This document shows, piece after piece, positions 11,044-25,329 of a DNA stretch of 64,000 bases. Under the pieces are notes generated by a model that saw only the letters and a list, made by a program, of their open reading frames with translations, was not told where the DNA came from and did no database searches. Every line of letters begins with the position of its first letter. Position 1 is the first letter of the stretch. Where the stretch lies: positions 164,610,001-164,674,000 of the forward strand of contig OX597815.1 of NCBI GenBank assembly GCA_951406725.2, given 5' to 3'. Source of the stretch: Octopus vulgaris. Lineage: Eukaryota. A program made the translations under genes and the position numbers.

Positions 11044-13276
11044 CCCCTACTTCCGGTTAAAATATCTAACAGGGATACATAAAACGCTGACTGAGAAATT
11101 TAATGAAATACTAGCAGAGCCTGAGACAGTGCCTGAATGACCCACGGAAGGGAAAACTATCCTAATTCCCAAATCCAATGAAACGGCAAACCCACAAAAT
11201 TATTGACTGATAACTTGTCTCTCTACAATTTACAAAGCCTTTACTGCAATAATATCGCAGAGAATGGGCAAACATCTCGAAGAAAACAGCCTGTTTCCAG
11301 AAGAGCAAAAGGGATGCTGCAAAGGCTCATACAGCTGTAAAGATCATCATCTGATCAATAAAGCCATAAGTGAAGAGAGCCACAGAAAGAAGAAGAGTCT
11401 AAGTATGGCTTGGCTTGATTATCGAAAGGCTTTTGATAGTATTCTCCATACATGGATCCTAGAAACACTAGCCATGAACAAGGTAGCACCAGTAATCATA
11501 AAATATATAAAACATTTCATGAATAAATGGCAGACAATGCTACAGTTCCAGACAATACTACAGCTCCAGACAAAAGTGGGACTCAAAACCAAAGCCATCC
11601 CCATTAGAAGAGGAATATTCCAGGGAGACACGCTCTCTCCACTTTTTTTCTGCTTGGCACTGACAGTTTTATCTGACATGCTAAGCAGAACTGAATGTGG
11701 TTACAACTGAATGTGGTTACAAAACACTCAATCATCTCTTGTATACGGATGACCTAAAACTGGATGCAACAAATGATAAACAGCTGGAAACATTAACTAC
11801 AAACACTACATGGATTTACCAAAGAAATAAACATGAAATTAGGCTTAGAAAAATGTGCTAAAGCAACCTTGAAAAGATGAAAACTAGTTAAGTGCAACAA
11901 AATCACACTAGTTAAAGCAAATGAAATAAGAGAATTAGACCAAGGCCAAGCATACAAATACTTAGGAATCAATAAACCAGATACGACACAACGCACACAA
12001 CTGAAAGAGAAGATAAGAAAGGAATACTACAGACGTGTTAGATTAATATTAAAAACAGATTTCAATGCAAAAAAAAAAAAAATGATAATGCGTGTCAACA
12101 CTTTAGCCGCCTCAGTTATAAGTTACAGCTACAATATTCTTAACTGGTCTCTAAGTAAACTATTCAAAACAGACAGGAAAACAAGAAAATTAATGACAGG
12201 ATTTAGGATACACCATCCAAAATCTGACGTCGAAAGGTTATATATACGACGTATTGGAGGTGGTAGAAGTCTTATGCAGCTAAAAAAAACATTACAAAAT
12301 AACCACCATAGGACTACAGACATACCTACTTCAGAAGCAAGGAAAACTAATGCAAATAGCCACGAAACTCGAACAAAACAAAAAACTGTCTTCTGTCTTT
12401 AAGGAAGCTGACAAATACAAAAAGAAGTCATAGTACCTAACAGCTATGAAAAAAAGAAGAAACAACAAAAGCTGTAAAATTCCAACAATGGCTGAAAAGC
12501 TCAGGACTCAAAGCAGAGACTGAAGGATTTTTAATTGCAGTACAAGATCAAAGCCTTCCCACCAGAAATCACCAAAAACACGTCATGAAAAGAAGCACAA
12601 GTTACTGCAGAATATGTGGTGGAGAAGAAAGAATAAATCATATTGTCTCTGGCTGCCCGGTCCTGGCTAAGAAGGAATATATTCACAGACACGACAGAGT
12701 TGGGACCTGTATACACTGGAAGCTATGCCAACACTATGGAATAACAACAGAAAAAAGATGGTATAAGGTACACCCCAGAAAAGATCACAGAAAATGAGAA
12801 AGCAACCGTACTCTGTGATATGCTAATACACACAGACAGAGAAATTAAGGCCAATAGGCCGGATATAGATGTCAGAGATCATCAAGAAAAAAAGATGCTT
12901 TCTAATCAATGTATCAATGCCAAAAGATGACAACGTTTCTCTAAAAAAAAATAAAGGAGAAACTTTCAAAATACAAAGATCTGAAAATAAACTCGAATGG
13001 AGAGCCTAAAAACAGAAACAATTCCTATTATAGTAAGTGCATTAGGTATGATATTAAAAAAAACATTCAAACAAATACATAACAAAAACACTAAGACTTA
13101 CAAGTATATATAACATACAGAAAATAACACTACTAGGCACCGCACACATCCTACGTAAAACACTTTCAATACAGTGAAGATAAGAGCACCGCAGCAAACC
13201 ACAGCACATACCCAAGACACACAGAGCTGCACTCGGCTTTGCAGTGAAAGCACGTGATAAAAATAAGACTACTGAA
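11044..13276 (+). pseudogene. 5'-truncated, degenerate R4/Dong element, copy 5
   Basis: EEQKGC, AWLDYRKAFDS, GIFQGDTLSP, HHPKSDVERLY, CRIC..ERINHIVSGC..RHD; ends in (TAA)n. Confidence 0.92.
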
Positions 13277-14425
<1,149 letters not shown>

Positions 14426-14897
14426 GGCACTGGGGTCGATTCGTTCGACTAAAATTCAAGGCGGTGCCCCAGCATGTCCACAGTCTAGTGAGTGAAACAA
14501 GAAAACGTAAAAGATACTTTAAATAATTCGTTATTTTTAGAAGTTAAAACGTAGATTCCTTCTTGGTACAACTTGAATAATTTTCCAATTTACTCAGCTA
14601 ATTAGTCTTAACATTAATCTTGCAACATATCATTTCCCTTTCCTCAGTCTGCGTTTTCTACCACTCCTACAGTGGCCTTTGCAACTCAAAACTGTCTAAT
14701 TTGTAACACCGCTAACCAACCCCCACCAAAGGACCGTCTTAGCAAATTGATTCGATTGGGGTTCTTCGGGCTTTATCAGCTGCAATTAAGTCGGATAGGA
14801 AAGAGTATGTAAAGCCAACTTTGATTAATTATTTTCCTTTTCTTGTTTATCCATTTTAAGGATGTTTTTTTTTTGCTTTGTTTTTGTTTTTTACCTT

Positions 14898-15128
14898 TTA
14901 TCTTTTACTTGTCTCAGACATTAGGCTGCGACCATGCTGGGATATCGCCTTGAAGAATTTTTAGTTGAATGAATCGACCTCAATACATTTTTTTAAGCCT
15001 GGTGTTTATTTTATCGCTAAGTTACGGGGACGTAAACACACCAACACCAATTGTCAAACGATAGCAGATGGGGAGGGGAACAAAACAAGCATAGACACAA
15101 AGACACACAGACATAAATATATACATAT
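14898..15128 (-). mobile_element. SINE family A, 3' fragment
   Basis: Similar to the 3' half of 16394-16800. Confidence 0.7.
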
Positions 15129-15309
15129 CCGCATAATCGCTTCCATATCTGCCCACCTGGATTCCTCTTATAGCCACTCTTTATCCCGCGGAATTGGTCC
15201 CTCGTAAAGCCATTGGAGTCTAAGTTCGAATCATTTGAGAGCTACTGTTTCCTGTGCTGAGAATCTCTGAATCACATCTGCTGATTATATATATATTTAT
15301 ATATATATA

Positions 15310-15813
15310 CTAGCAGTATCGCCCGGCGTTGCTCGGGTTTGTAAGGGAAATAACTATATAAGCATTTTTAGAGAGTTACTTCCCTTATAAATTCGGGCTT
15401 TCTTAGCCATTTTTGTTTTGGTGTCTTCAAGCCATGAAGTCGTTGTTCTAAAAGAACGCTGGTTTCCTTCACAACGCATTACGACGTTGATTTCTTTACA
15501 CTCCCTTCCCCACAGCTTCACGAGGGAGGGAAGGGAGAAGCAAACAGGTGCAGCTGTGAGCGTGGACGCCAACTCCACTGCCATCGACACACGATGCATT
15601 TTATGCATTAAAATGGAATAAAAAATGATGTTAAATTATTTTTAAAATCGTAGACTCATCGTTGACGCGCGCTAATAGTCAGACGGGCTCGATATGAATC
15701 ACGACTATAAGATACCCGAATTTGGTTAAACTGCACCGCAAAATGTGGGAGGAGTTAGGAATCTAAATCGAAGGGGACAGACACTCACACAACTAGAGTT
15801 TTATATATATAGA
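15310..15813 (-). mobile_element. Non-autonomous Helitron
   Basis: Minus strand starts TC(TATATATATAAAA) and ends CCCGAGCAACGCCGGG hairpin + CGATACTG + CTAG; inserted between A and T. Confidence 0.82.
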
Positions 15814-15817
15814 TATA

Positions 15818-15982
15818 GTTAATCCAAACAAGAAAGCACAAAAAAACACAACAACGCGAGGACGTGGAACAAATATAGTATTATTGGACGCTCTTCGTCG
15901 GAAACATAGGAGAAGGAAAGATCCAGAGAAGGGAAGAGAGAGGAAAAAAAATCGCCAAAGGTACACACGAGGTCACATTTTG

Positions 15983-15985
<3 letters not shown>
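15818..15985 (-). mobile_element. PLE terminal-repeat-like fragment (family of 28918-29112), HHR partly deleted
   Basis: Reverse complement of 28918-29112; keeps CCGACGAAGAGC but lacks the GAAAC half. Confidence 0.7.
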
Positions 15986-16045
<60 letters not shown>

Positions 16046-16050
<5 letters not shown>

Positions 16051-16220
16051 GGTGCTGTGAATAAATTGTCGTCTAAATTACGCAAAAATAATACTGACAT
16101 TTCATTTTAACATATATATCTTGAAATACTAAAGAGAAAATCCATTCAATAAAATCGCCATTGGCTTCAATCATGGACTCCAGATGACTTCGGAATCTCC
16201 TGGAACTCTCTCAACATTTT
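16046..16220 (-). mobile_element. Tc1/mariner-type terminal fragment
   Basis: TA-CAGGGTG terminus; minus strand encodes FRSHLESMIEANGDFIE, typical of a transposase C-terminus. Confidence 0.6.
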
Positions 16221-16269
16221 TGACCGATGTAATAAGACAGAATGGAGAAGAATAGGAAACTACCGTTCA

Positions 16270-16920
16270 AATTCTTCAAAAATTGAAAATAATTGCCGTA
16301 AGATATATTTTTTAGATGTTACTTTCAGCTTAGATACAGGATTATATGAGCCTTTCCACAAAAGCCTAACATACATTAACATACAGGCAAATTCTCTTTA
16401 CTCTTTACTCTTTTACTTGTTTCAGTCATTTGACTGCGGCCATGCTGGAGCACAGCCTTTAATCGAGCAACTCGACCCCGGGACTTATTCTTTTGTAAGC
16501 CCAGTACTTATTCTATCGGTCTATTTTGCTGAACCGCTAGGTAACGGGGAAATAAACACACCAGCGTCGGTTGTCAAGCAATGCTAGGGGGACAAACACA
16601 GACACACAAACACACACACGCATATATATACATATATACGATGGGCTTCTTTCAGTTTCCGTCTACCAAACCCACTCACAAGGCTTTGGTCGGCCCGAGG
16701 CTATAGTAGAAGACACTTGCCCAAGGTGCCACGCAGTGGGACTGAACCCGGAACCATGTGGTTGGTAAACAAGCTACTTACCACACAGCCACTCCTGCGC
16801 TAACTTCTATAATAAAAGGACTAATCGAAAAGCATATCTGATAGAATATCAAGGCTTCCAACTAATGAAGCAATTTTTAACGCACATGCACCCTATTATA
16901 ATACCGCATTATCTAGGAAT
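16270..16920 (+). pseudogene. PLE RT thumb fragment split by a SINE
   Basis: FLDVTFSLDTGLYEPFHK before the SINE and ISDRISRLPTNEAIFNAHAPYYNTALS after it. Confidence 0.7.
16394..16800 (-). mobile_element. Full-length tRNA-derived SINE, family A
   Basis: Minus strand GCGCAGGAGTGGCTGTGTGGT (A-box-like), GGTTCAGTCCC (B-box-like), CA-rich middle, tail CTGAAACAAGTAAAAGAG repeats; many copies in the window. Confidence 0.88.
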
Positions 16921-17082
16921 ACATACACACATACACACATACACACACAAATAATAAATGAAAACAAAAGGCATCGGAGGGGCGATGTATACCCTGCGCG
17001 CAGATAAATTGTTTCGCAAACTATAGTGTGGCTTACAATGCGATGCTTGTCCATGCTTTTTAATTGAACTGAATTGATTTTT

Positions 17083-18275
17083 GTTTTAAGTATCACCATT
17101 ATAGGTATTTATACTCCGGTGAAATTAAGAAATGAAGTCGTAAATAAACGAAACCCACAAATCCATCACTGTACACATAAGCACGCACTCACTCGCATAT
17201 CTATATATGTATTTATGTATCCATACGTGTCTACGCGCATAGGTACACCATGATTTATACACACGAAGACGAGGGTTGATTCATATGAAAAAGAAAGTGA
17301 ACAAAATGAAATATTTATAGAAAATATTGCATAGAATTTAAGTATTTTCAACGTCTTTCAATGATGGCAGGTGAATCAAACGTATTGTAGCTCGTTGTCT
17401 CTGAGACCCCTTTCGGTCACGACACAGACCATGGGATTGCACCAAGAAAGTTACCCTCCCAGGCACAAGTCCGGGCATGGCTGTTTATGGAAGACCAGCA
17501 GTCGCCCATACATACCAGCTTCCCCTCTCCACGCCACGCCACCAGTGTTATCCAAGGGAAAGACAAAGGTCAATACAGCTTGGTACCTGTGACGTCGCAA
17601 CACATTTCTACAGCTGAGTGAACTGGAGCAACGTGAAATAAAGTGTCTTGCTCAAGAACACAACACGCAGCCCGGTCCGGGATTCGAGCTCACAACCTCA
17701 CGATCGTAAGTTCGACGCTCTAACCACTGGGCCATGCGCCTTCACAGGCGTTGTAGGATATAAATATGACCACTTGCTTATCGGGAAATTTTATTTTTTA
17801 AGTATCACTGTTATAGGTGTTCATACTCCGGTGAAATTAAGAAATCAACTCGTAAATAAACGAAACCCCCGAATCCATCACTGAACACACAAGCACACAC
17901 ATACAGTCGCATATCTATATATGTATTTATGCTTTTTAAGTGAACTAAATTATTATTTTTCTTTTTTAAGTATCACCATTATAAGTTTTTATACTTCGGT
18001 GAAATTAAGAAATCAACTCGTAAGTAAACGAAACCCTCGAATCCATCACTATACACACACACACACACACAGAGTCGAGTATTTATGTATGTTTTTAAGT
18101 ATGATTGAAGATAAACCGAATTTTCATCATTTCGAGCTACTCATCCAATGAGTATTTCTGCCAAAATTTGGTGAAAATCCGCTCACCCGTTATCCAGTAA
18201 TTTTGCAAACACACAGACAAACATACAAATACGAGTGATTACAATACCCTGCTTTCGCTTACATTTGCAGGGTAA
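17083..18275 (+). mobile_element. HINE/pearl-like element with three ~160-bp internal repeats, interrupted by a SINE
   Basis: Unit TTTTAAGTATCAC..CCGGTGAAATTAAGAAAT..GAAACCC..ATCCATCACT at ~17085, ~17795, ~17963; 3' end ACAGACAAAC..ACCCTGC/GCAGGGT hairpin. Confidence 0.6.
17355..17745 (-). mobile_element. tRNA-derived SINE, family C
   Basis: Minus strand TGGCCCAGTGGTTAGAGC (A box), GCTCGAATCCC (B box), TTGAGCAAGACACTTTATTTCACGTTGCTCCAG; homologs at 23090 and 58745. Confidence 0.85.
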
Positions 18276-18499
18276 ATATATGTACGATAGTATTAAATTC
18301 AATTTTATTAACCAAAATACTAAGACAACTAAACCAGACAGGAAGACACAGCTGCAAACACAGGACTGAGGGAGATAATCTGAATAAGCTACGAATAAGA
18401 AATGAAAATACCAACGATAAAACAGAAATCGTTAATAAAGAACGCGAAAATATGAGACAATACATTAACTAGTCACACTCCTATATCTCACATTAGAGG

Positions 18500-18650
18500 C
18501 AATAGACCGAACCAACGACACAAAAAATCCTTCGTTCTACGGATCATATAAACCATCGAGGATCACAAAGGAATTCTATACTGCAAATCCAATAGATACA
18601 TACCACAAAATATTTAACAGACACACTATGAAGGTATCATGTGGCTGAAT
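18500..18650 (+). pseudogene. PLE fragment (YHKIFNRHTMKVSC)
   Basis: Motif typical of the PLE linker between RT and GIY-YIG. Confidence 0.55.
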
Positions 18651-18860
18651 CGTTAGCACGCCGGGCGAAATGCTTAGCGGTATTTCGTCTGTCGCAACGT
18701 TGTGAGTTCAATTCCGCCGAGGTCGACATTGCCTTTCATCCTTTCGGGGTCGATAAATTAAGTACCAGTTACGCACTGGGGTCGGTGTAATCGACTTAAT
18801 ACCTATGTCTGTCCTTGTTTGTCCCCTCTATGTTTAGCCCCTTGTGGGTAATAAAGAAAT
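18644..18860 (+). mobile_element. SINE family B (Nin/Deu-like core) with 12-bp target-site duplication
   Basis: GTTCAATTCC B-box, GCCTTTCATCCTTTCGGGGTCGATAAA core; AGGTATCATGTG repeated at 18632-18643 and 18861-18872. Confidence 0.9.
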
Positions 18861-19369
18861 AGGTATCATGTGCGAACTCTAGTAACTTAGAACACCATAT
18901 ACACAGAAATAATTATAGGAAACTGCACCAAGGGTTAAATAACAAAGCTCGTGAGCGTAAAATAAAAGGCAGTTTATCTACTAAGAACTCAGATAATAAG
19001 GCAGGAACAAGTCATCCAGTCTCCAATAGTAAGTAATTGTATAAACAGACAGTGTAAATACCACCAACGCTAATGACACTAATTACAGTAGAAATATATG
19101 AAGATGTATGAAGCGGTTGATGGGCACTCGTAAATCAACCAATAGTAAGTATCTACAGGATTAAATCAGGCTAACGTCCACGGAGACTTTTAATGCCTCT
19201 GTGGGGGCGGGGGGGGACTAACATTGGCCTGTCAACAGATGTCTCAGTATACCAAAGACGCTAATAAGTGAATGTTTGTGTGTATGTCTATGCGTGGGTA
19301 TTTGAATATAAATTTTTGCTTCGTGAAAATGTAAAGGAGAGCTAGGGTCACTTTGAATGTCCGGTTGCA

Positions 19370-19840
19370 ATTTTGTGTCCTGTTTCGTTCTATCCATGGT
19401 TATTTTATGATTTTATGTAAAGTTTTTCATTATCATTGTAAAACATATTATTTGATTCACTTGTTTATTTTTATATTTACTTTATTTTTTGATTCTTTTT
19501 AAGTCACTTTATTACTTATATGAAAAGTGTTCCTCTTTATAGTCCAAGTTGCTCGTGTATACGAGTAGCGAACGACAATTACCAAAATGTATTCTAATCG
19601 AAATAAACGAAACAGAAATTAAAAAGCGAGGTACCTTTTGACAAGTCACCTAGCAAAACACCTATGATGTACCACAACTGTTTGTACAGTATCTTACCCG
19701 CGAGGCACCGGTGCACAACGAGGGATCGAAATAATATTAGTGATTAATAAAGAATTCCGTAAATTCCATCTTTTTTCTCTCATATTTTATAAACACTACG
19801 GAGTTGAAGGAATTCCTGGAGTAAATCCAGCGGAATTTTT
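19370..19840 (+). repeat. Dispersed repeat homologous to 39690-40170 (PLE terminal repeat, decayed HHR)
   Basis: Long collinear similarity between the two loci. Confidence 0.85.
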
Positions 19841-19852
19841 AAAAAAATGATA

Positions 19853-19854
<2 letters not shown>

Positions 19855-19926
<72 letters not shown>

Positions 19927-20400
19927 TGTGTACAGTGCTCAGGTGCAATACAACTCATCTAAAGTGTTTATATAATCAGGTGTAGTTTCGGCGGATTTCG
20001 GAAAGCATGAGGGCTTTAAAGGATGCAGTGTCATGGCAGTCAACAACTGACGCAGGCAGTTTATTCCATGCTTCAGCAACTCTGAGCGTGAAAAAATGTT
20101 TCCGAAAGTCATGGGAGCTGTGTTGTTTTCTGACTTTGTAGGCATGTCCACGTGTGTTAGACACATGGAGATCAAAAAGGTGTTCAGTGTTGTTGTTGGT
20201 GAGGTGGTTGATAACTTTTTGGGTCTTTACCAAGTCCGTCGCCAGACGCCGGACCTTCAGTGAATCCATGCCCAGGGAAACAAGGCGCTCAGAATATGGT
20301 AGGTGTCTGATGGAGGGTATGCGTTTGGTTGCACGTCTCTGGACAGATTCCAGGAGGTCAAGTTCATACTGTTGATGACATCAAGTAACCGAATACAGTG
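19855..20400 (-). mobile_element. 3' end of a CR1/L2-type LINE with (ATT)n tail
   Basis: ORF 19976-20269: SLKVRRLATDL..TRGHAYKV..RKHFFTLRVAEAWNKLP; a short matching 3' end recurs at ~24730-24820. Confidence 0.85.
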
Positions 20401-20599
20401 AACGAGCTTTAAACGGCATACTACAAGGCGTACACCCAAATTTAAAATTATATATGTATATACAAATTAAGTATGCATTTATACCCATGTGTGTGTATTT
20501 GTGTCTATGTTTGTTCCCCAGCACCGCTTTACAACCGGTTTTAGTGTGATTACGTCCCCGTAACCAAGCGGTTTGGGAAAAGGGGCTTAATAAGAAAAT

Positions 20600-20646
<47 letters not shown>

Positions 20647-20754
20647 CATACTCATTTATTCTGTTACTTGTTTCAGTCATTTGACTGCAGCCAAGCTGGA
20701 GTACTGCATTTAGTCGAGCTAATCGACCCCAGGATTATTTTTTGTAAGCCTAGG

Positions 20755-21144
20755 TAAGGGCAAGTGCTGAAACATGGGCGGGAGCGGGAGAACGAGCCTG
20801 GTTGGGAAGTAGGGTTAGGGAAGAAACTGTGGACCAGGATGTCACGTAGGTTGTGGGATCGTTTGAAGGAGAGAAGGGTTAGTTTGGGGAAGATGTGCGA
20901 AGTGGAGGGGTGGGACTGTAGTCTCCAGATGGCTCGGAGAAGGGTGCGTTGGAGGGGTGATAGGTGAGAAGAGAAGGTAACGGCGGATCGGGTGCAGGGG
21001 AGAGAGCAGAGTCACGGTCCGCGGAACGTGCTCTGGCAAGGGCGATGTGGAAAGAGGTGAGGAGATATCCACGAAGGATGAAGTGGCGGGCCATGAGTTG
21101 AGACTGAGTCTCAAAGACACGGTTGTCACTGCAGAGCCTGCGCA

Positions 21145-21148
<4 letters not shown>
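20755..21148 (-). pseudogene. PLE thumb-region fragment
   Basis: RLRRLCSDNRVFETQSQLMARHFILRGY..IALARA motif. Confidence 0.7.
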
Positions 21149-21228
<80 letters not shown>

Positions 21229-21559
21229 TGTATGTATGTATGTATGCATGCATGTATGATTAAGTTTAGAACTTTTTGCACGCTTCCCACTTCGTCCGTG
21301 CATTAGTGTCACATGACAGTATGTTTTGCGCAGAAAATTAAGGCCGACACGGTCGAGTGAACATGTTTAGTTACAGTTAAGGAACTCTAAATCTAATCTG
21401 CCAAGTGGGAGAGTGGACAGGAGTTGTTTGTATGTAGTCCAGTGACTAAAGTTTAGGTTGTTAGGTGTGTAGATTCCTCGTGTTAAGTGGCAGAATGGGT
21501 TTTGTGTGTAAAGAGTTATTTGTATATGTACTCTGTTAAAGTTTGTTAAGTCTTGGTTT

Positions 21560-22450
21560 GTATTTTTGTATGAATGTATTTTCTTTGTTTATCCGTGTTT
21601 CATTGTGGTATTCACTGAACAAATGTACAATGGGGAGACCTGGAATTTGGGGGACTTATTTTTTGCACATATGTCTATGTGTCCACTCAGCAGAATCTAT
21701 CTAGTACTGGGGTCTCATATTTGTTGTCGGTTAATGGTCAGTCTATTTCTGAGAATGAGCTTTGTTTAACCTATGTAATTTTCGTTACATCCTTGACATT
21801 TCATAGCGTATATTAAATTCTTTGAAGAAAATGTAAAATGATTTTTTATTGTAAAAATCTGTCCTGATTCGAACTTGTATGTTGCGTCTTCAATAAGGTT
21901 GATGCAAGTCTGCAACTGGGGTGGCTACACTTAATGAAATTGCTACCGAGATTCACCCAATTACTATGCAGCTTTTGGTGGTTAGCGATGTTATTTAATA
22001 TCCAACTGTCGAAAGGAATTGATACTTTCTTATATTTCATCTCGCAGAATATCATATTTTTATTAAACAATGAAGAAATAATATTCTCATATTAGTTCTT
22101 ATAAAAAAAATTCTAATACAAATGAATATATACTGAAACTAGGTCACACCAAAATATAATTCGTAAGTCTAAGAAACTGTAAACGGCACAACGTCAAAGA
22201 AAAAATAATTCTGTCAGACGCCAACCAATCTAATACATTTTGGACTACGAGTTTACATTGAATTTTTTTACTTGTACATAAAGTTTTGAATTCTGTTCCA
22301 TGACATATCGTTGCAGAACATTATACAAGAATGACTATTTTGATTCGCTGATGGTTGTTGTAATAACTACATTCTTTAAAACTGTATCCGGTTAGTTTGA
22401 GAAAGTACCGTTAAGAACAACAATGCATTTCAGAAATGTTCTAATTCAGC
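21560..22450 (-). pseudogene. Neptune-type PLE GIY-YIG fragment
   Basis: Minus translation IKCSHPSCRL.. and IYAMKCQGCNENYIG*TKLILRNRL..HIDICAK. Confidence 0.75.
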
Positions 22451-22574
22451 TTCTTTTACATGTCTACGACTAAAATATTCAGTTTGCTAATCTTTATCAT
22501 AATTCATAACCATGAAATAAAATGTTATGTCAGTGTTAATGAACTATTTTAATTTTGATACAATAAGAGAAGGA

Positions 22575-22715
22575 AGTCAATCGATTACACCGAGCCCAGT
22601 ACTGGTACTTTATTTTATCGACTTCGAAGGGACGAAAGGTAAAGTTGACTTCGGAGGGATTTGATCTCGAGCCCAAAGAAACGCCAACGACGCGCAAACG
22701 ATTCTGCCAGCACGT
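22575..22715 (-). mobile_element. SINE family B, degenerate
   Basis: CCCAGTACTGGTACTTTATTTTATCGAC..GAAAGGTAAAGTTGAC. Confidence 0.7.
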
Positions 22716-23089
22716 CGCTTTTGTCTGTGTAAATAATAAAGTTAAGTAATTAGTCACTATGACTATTTCTTATATTTTCTTCTGTCCGCGTGTTCACGGT
22801 AACTTTCACTGCATTTCTTTCTCTTTTATACTGCATTCCTCAACTTTTCGTGCACATACGTAATCCAACACTCAATCTAAGCACTTTTTGCAAAATCTGC
22901 ACTCCCTCCCGTTAACAGAGACCAAAAACAGTCAGCATCATTCCAGTATCATTCCAAAGGGAGTTATTAATGAGTTGATACTAAAATTAGATTAGGAGCG
23001 ATGTTTCCACGAAAAATTTTTTATCAGTGACAACCAGTGGCATCTGGATCTATAACTGAGTGTGAACTAGGCGCAGTATTTTACTATAG

Positions 23090-23345
23090 TGGAAACGCGT
23101 GGCTTAGCGGTTTGGGTGTTGAACTTATGATCGTAAGATTATGGTTTCGATTCCTGTTCGGAGTGATGAGTTGTGTTCTTGAGCAAAACACTTCATTTTG
23201 CGTTGCTCCAGTGCATCCGGCTAACGAAATTGAGTATTCCTGCGACGGACCTAAGATGGTGGGCGAAGGATATATAGACCAGAGAATCCGGGAAACCGGC
23301 CCTATGAGTCTATATGACTCGGGGTTGATCTTTACCCTTTATCCT
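23090..23345 (+). mobile_element. SINE family C, degenerate
   Basis: TGGCTTAGCGGTT, GTTTCGATTCC, TTGAGCAAAACACTTCATTT. Confidence 0.75.
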
Positions 23346-23400
23346 GTGTTTTATTCCCAGCTGAGGGTATTGACAACTTGATACGTAAATCACAAGTAAC

Positions 23401-23562
23401 CAGTACCGGCTTAGAAGCCCCCGGGAAAATCAATGCACTAGACTCTATAATATTTATTTATCGACAGCAAGCCATACCATTCATAGATTAGAACTGGGCC
23501 CCTGAAACTCGTAAGGCCTTCCAGACAACTGCCCAGTGTACCCATGCTTTAAGACCGTACTG
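23401..23562. mobile_element. hAT-type MITE
   Basis: Termini CAGTAC../..GTACTG; 8-bp TSD CAAGTAAC/AAAGTAAC. Confidence 0.7.
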
Positions 23563-23672
23563 AAAGTAACTCTGATGTAATCTGATCAGTCTTGATTTTA
23601 TTATTTACCTTCGGTAAGACAGTCGTATCATCACTCAATATGCCACTATATTCAGGGATTATTTCCTTCATC

Positions 23673-23838
23673 CAGGGCCGGCCCTAGGGTTGCTGGCGCC
23701 CCGGGAAAGCTGAACTTCGGCATGTACAAGCTGACAGTCGTGGAAATTTCCTTATCTTTGTCACGCCCTCCTTGACGTCCCCTAGTACATGGCGTCCCGG
23801 TCGACTGCCCGAGTTGCCGGTACCTTGCGCCAGCCCTG
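23673..23838. mobile_element. hAT-type MITE
   Basis: TIR CAGGGCCGGC/GCCAGCCCTG; degenerate 8-bp TSD CCTTCATC/CCTCTATC. Confidence 0.7.
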
Positions 23839-24363
23839 CCTCTATCCTCACATCAACTCTGCCAAATCTGATAATATTTATCGTAAGTGTCCACCTCTTG
23901 AATTTCCTCATGCTATATAATGGTCTTATGTATGCATAAGAGAATCACTATTTTCATAAGCATATTTATTACTGTGTCATTGTATTATATCTTACCCACT
24001 ACTTATAATACTTCTAGTAGATATATTTTGGAAAAAACACAGGTGACAAATATTCGTTTCTATGTTTGATTAATTAGGTTAAACTTTACTGAAAGAGATT
24101 AATTGAAGAAACTACATGTTCCTCTTTAGCATTTACAAAAATGCTACAATATATACATATACAGTGGTGGAGGCTCTATATATGAACATAATCCGATCCC
24201 GAATCTTATTTATTAACCAAATTGTTCGTTGCATGAGTAATTAATTGAAATACATATAAATAGGGAGTAACACGTTCCAAGCTACGCGCAAACTCTACAT
24301 AAATGCATCAAATTACGTTTAATTTGGCCACACATATACATAAATTTATACGTGTGGGGTGGT

Positions 24364-25240
<877 letters not shown>

Positions 25241-25329
25241 ATATATAATATCTATCTATCTATCTCTAATATATGCACATATATATATAAATGAATATAT
25301 ATAATGCTAGTGTTGTACAATAGCCCCCT

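Noticed and set aside
16720-16800. tRNA genes at A/B-box motifs (also 17670-17745 and 58745-58820)
   Set aside because: No complete cloverleaf; they continue into SINE bodies.
17795-17885. CCGGTGA..CGAAAC in the 160-bp repeats as a hammerhead
   Set aside because: The core deviates further and there are no supporting stems or NUH.
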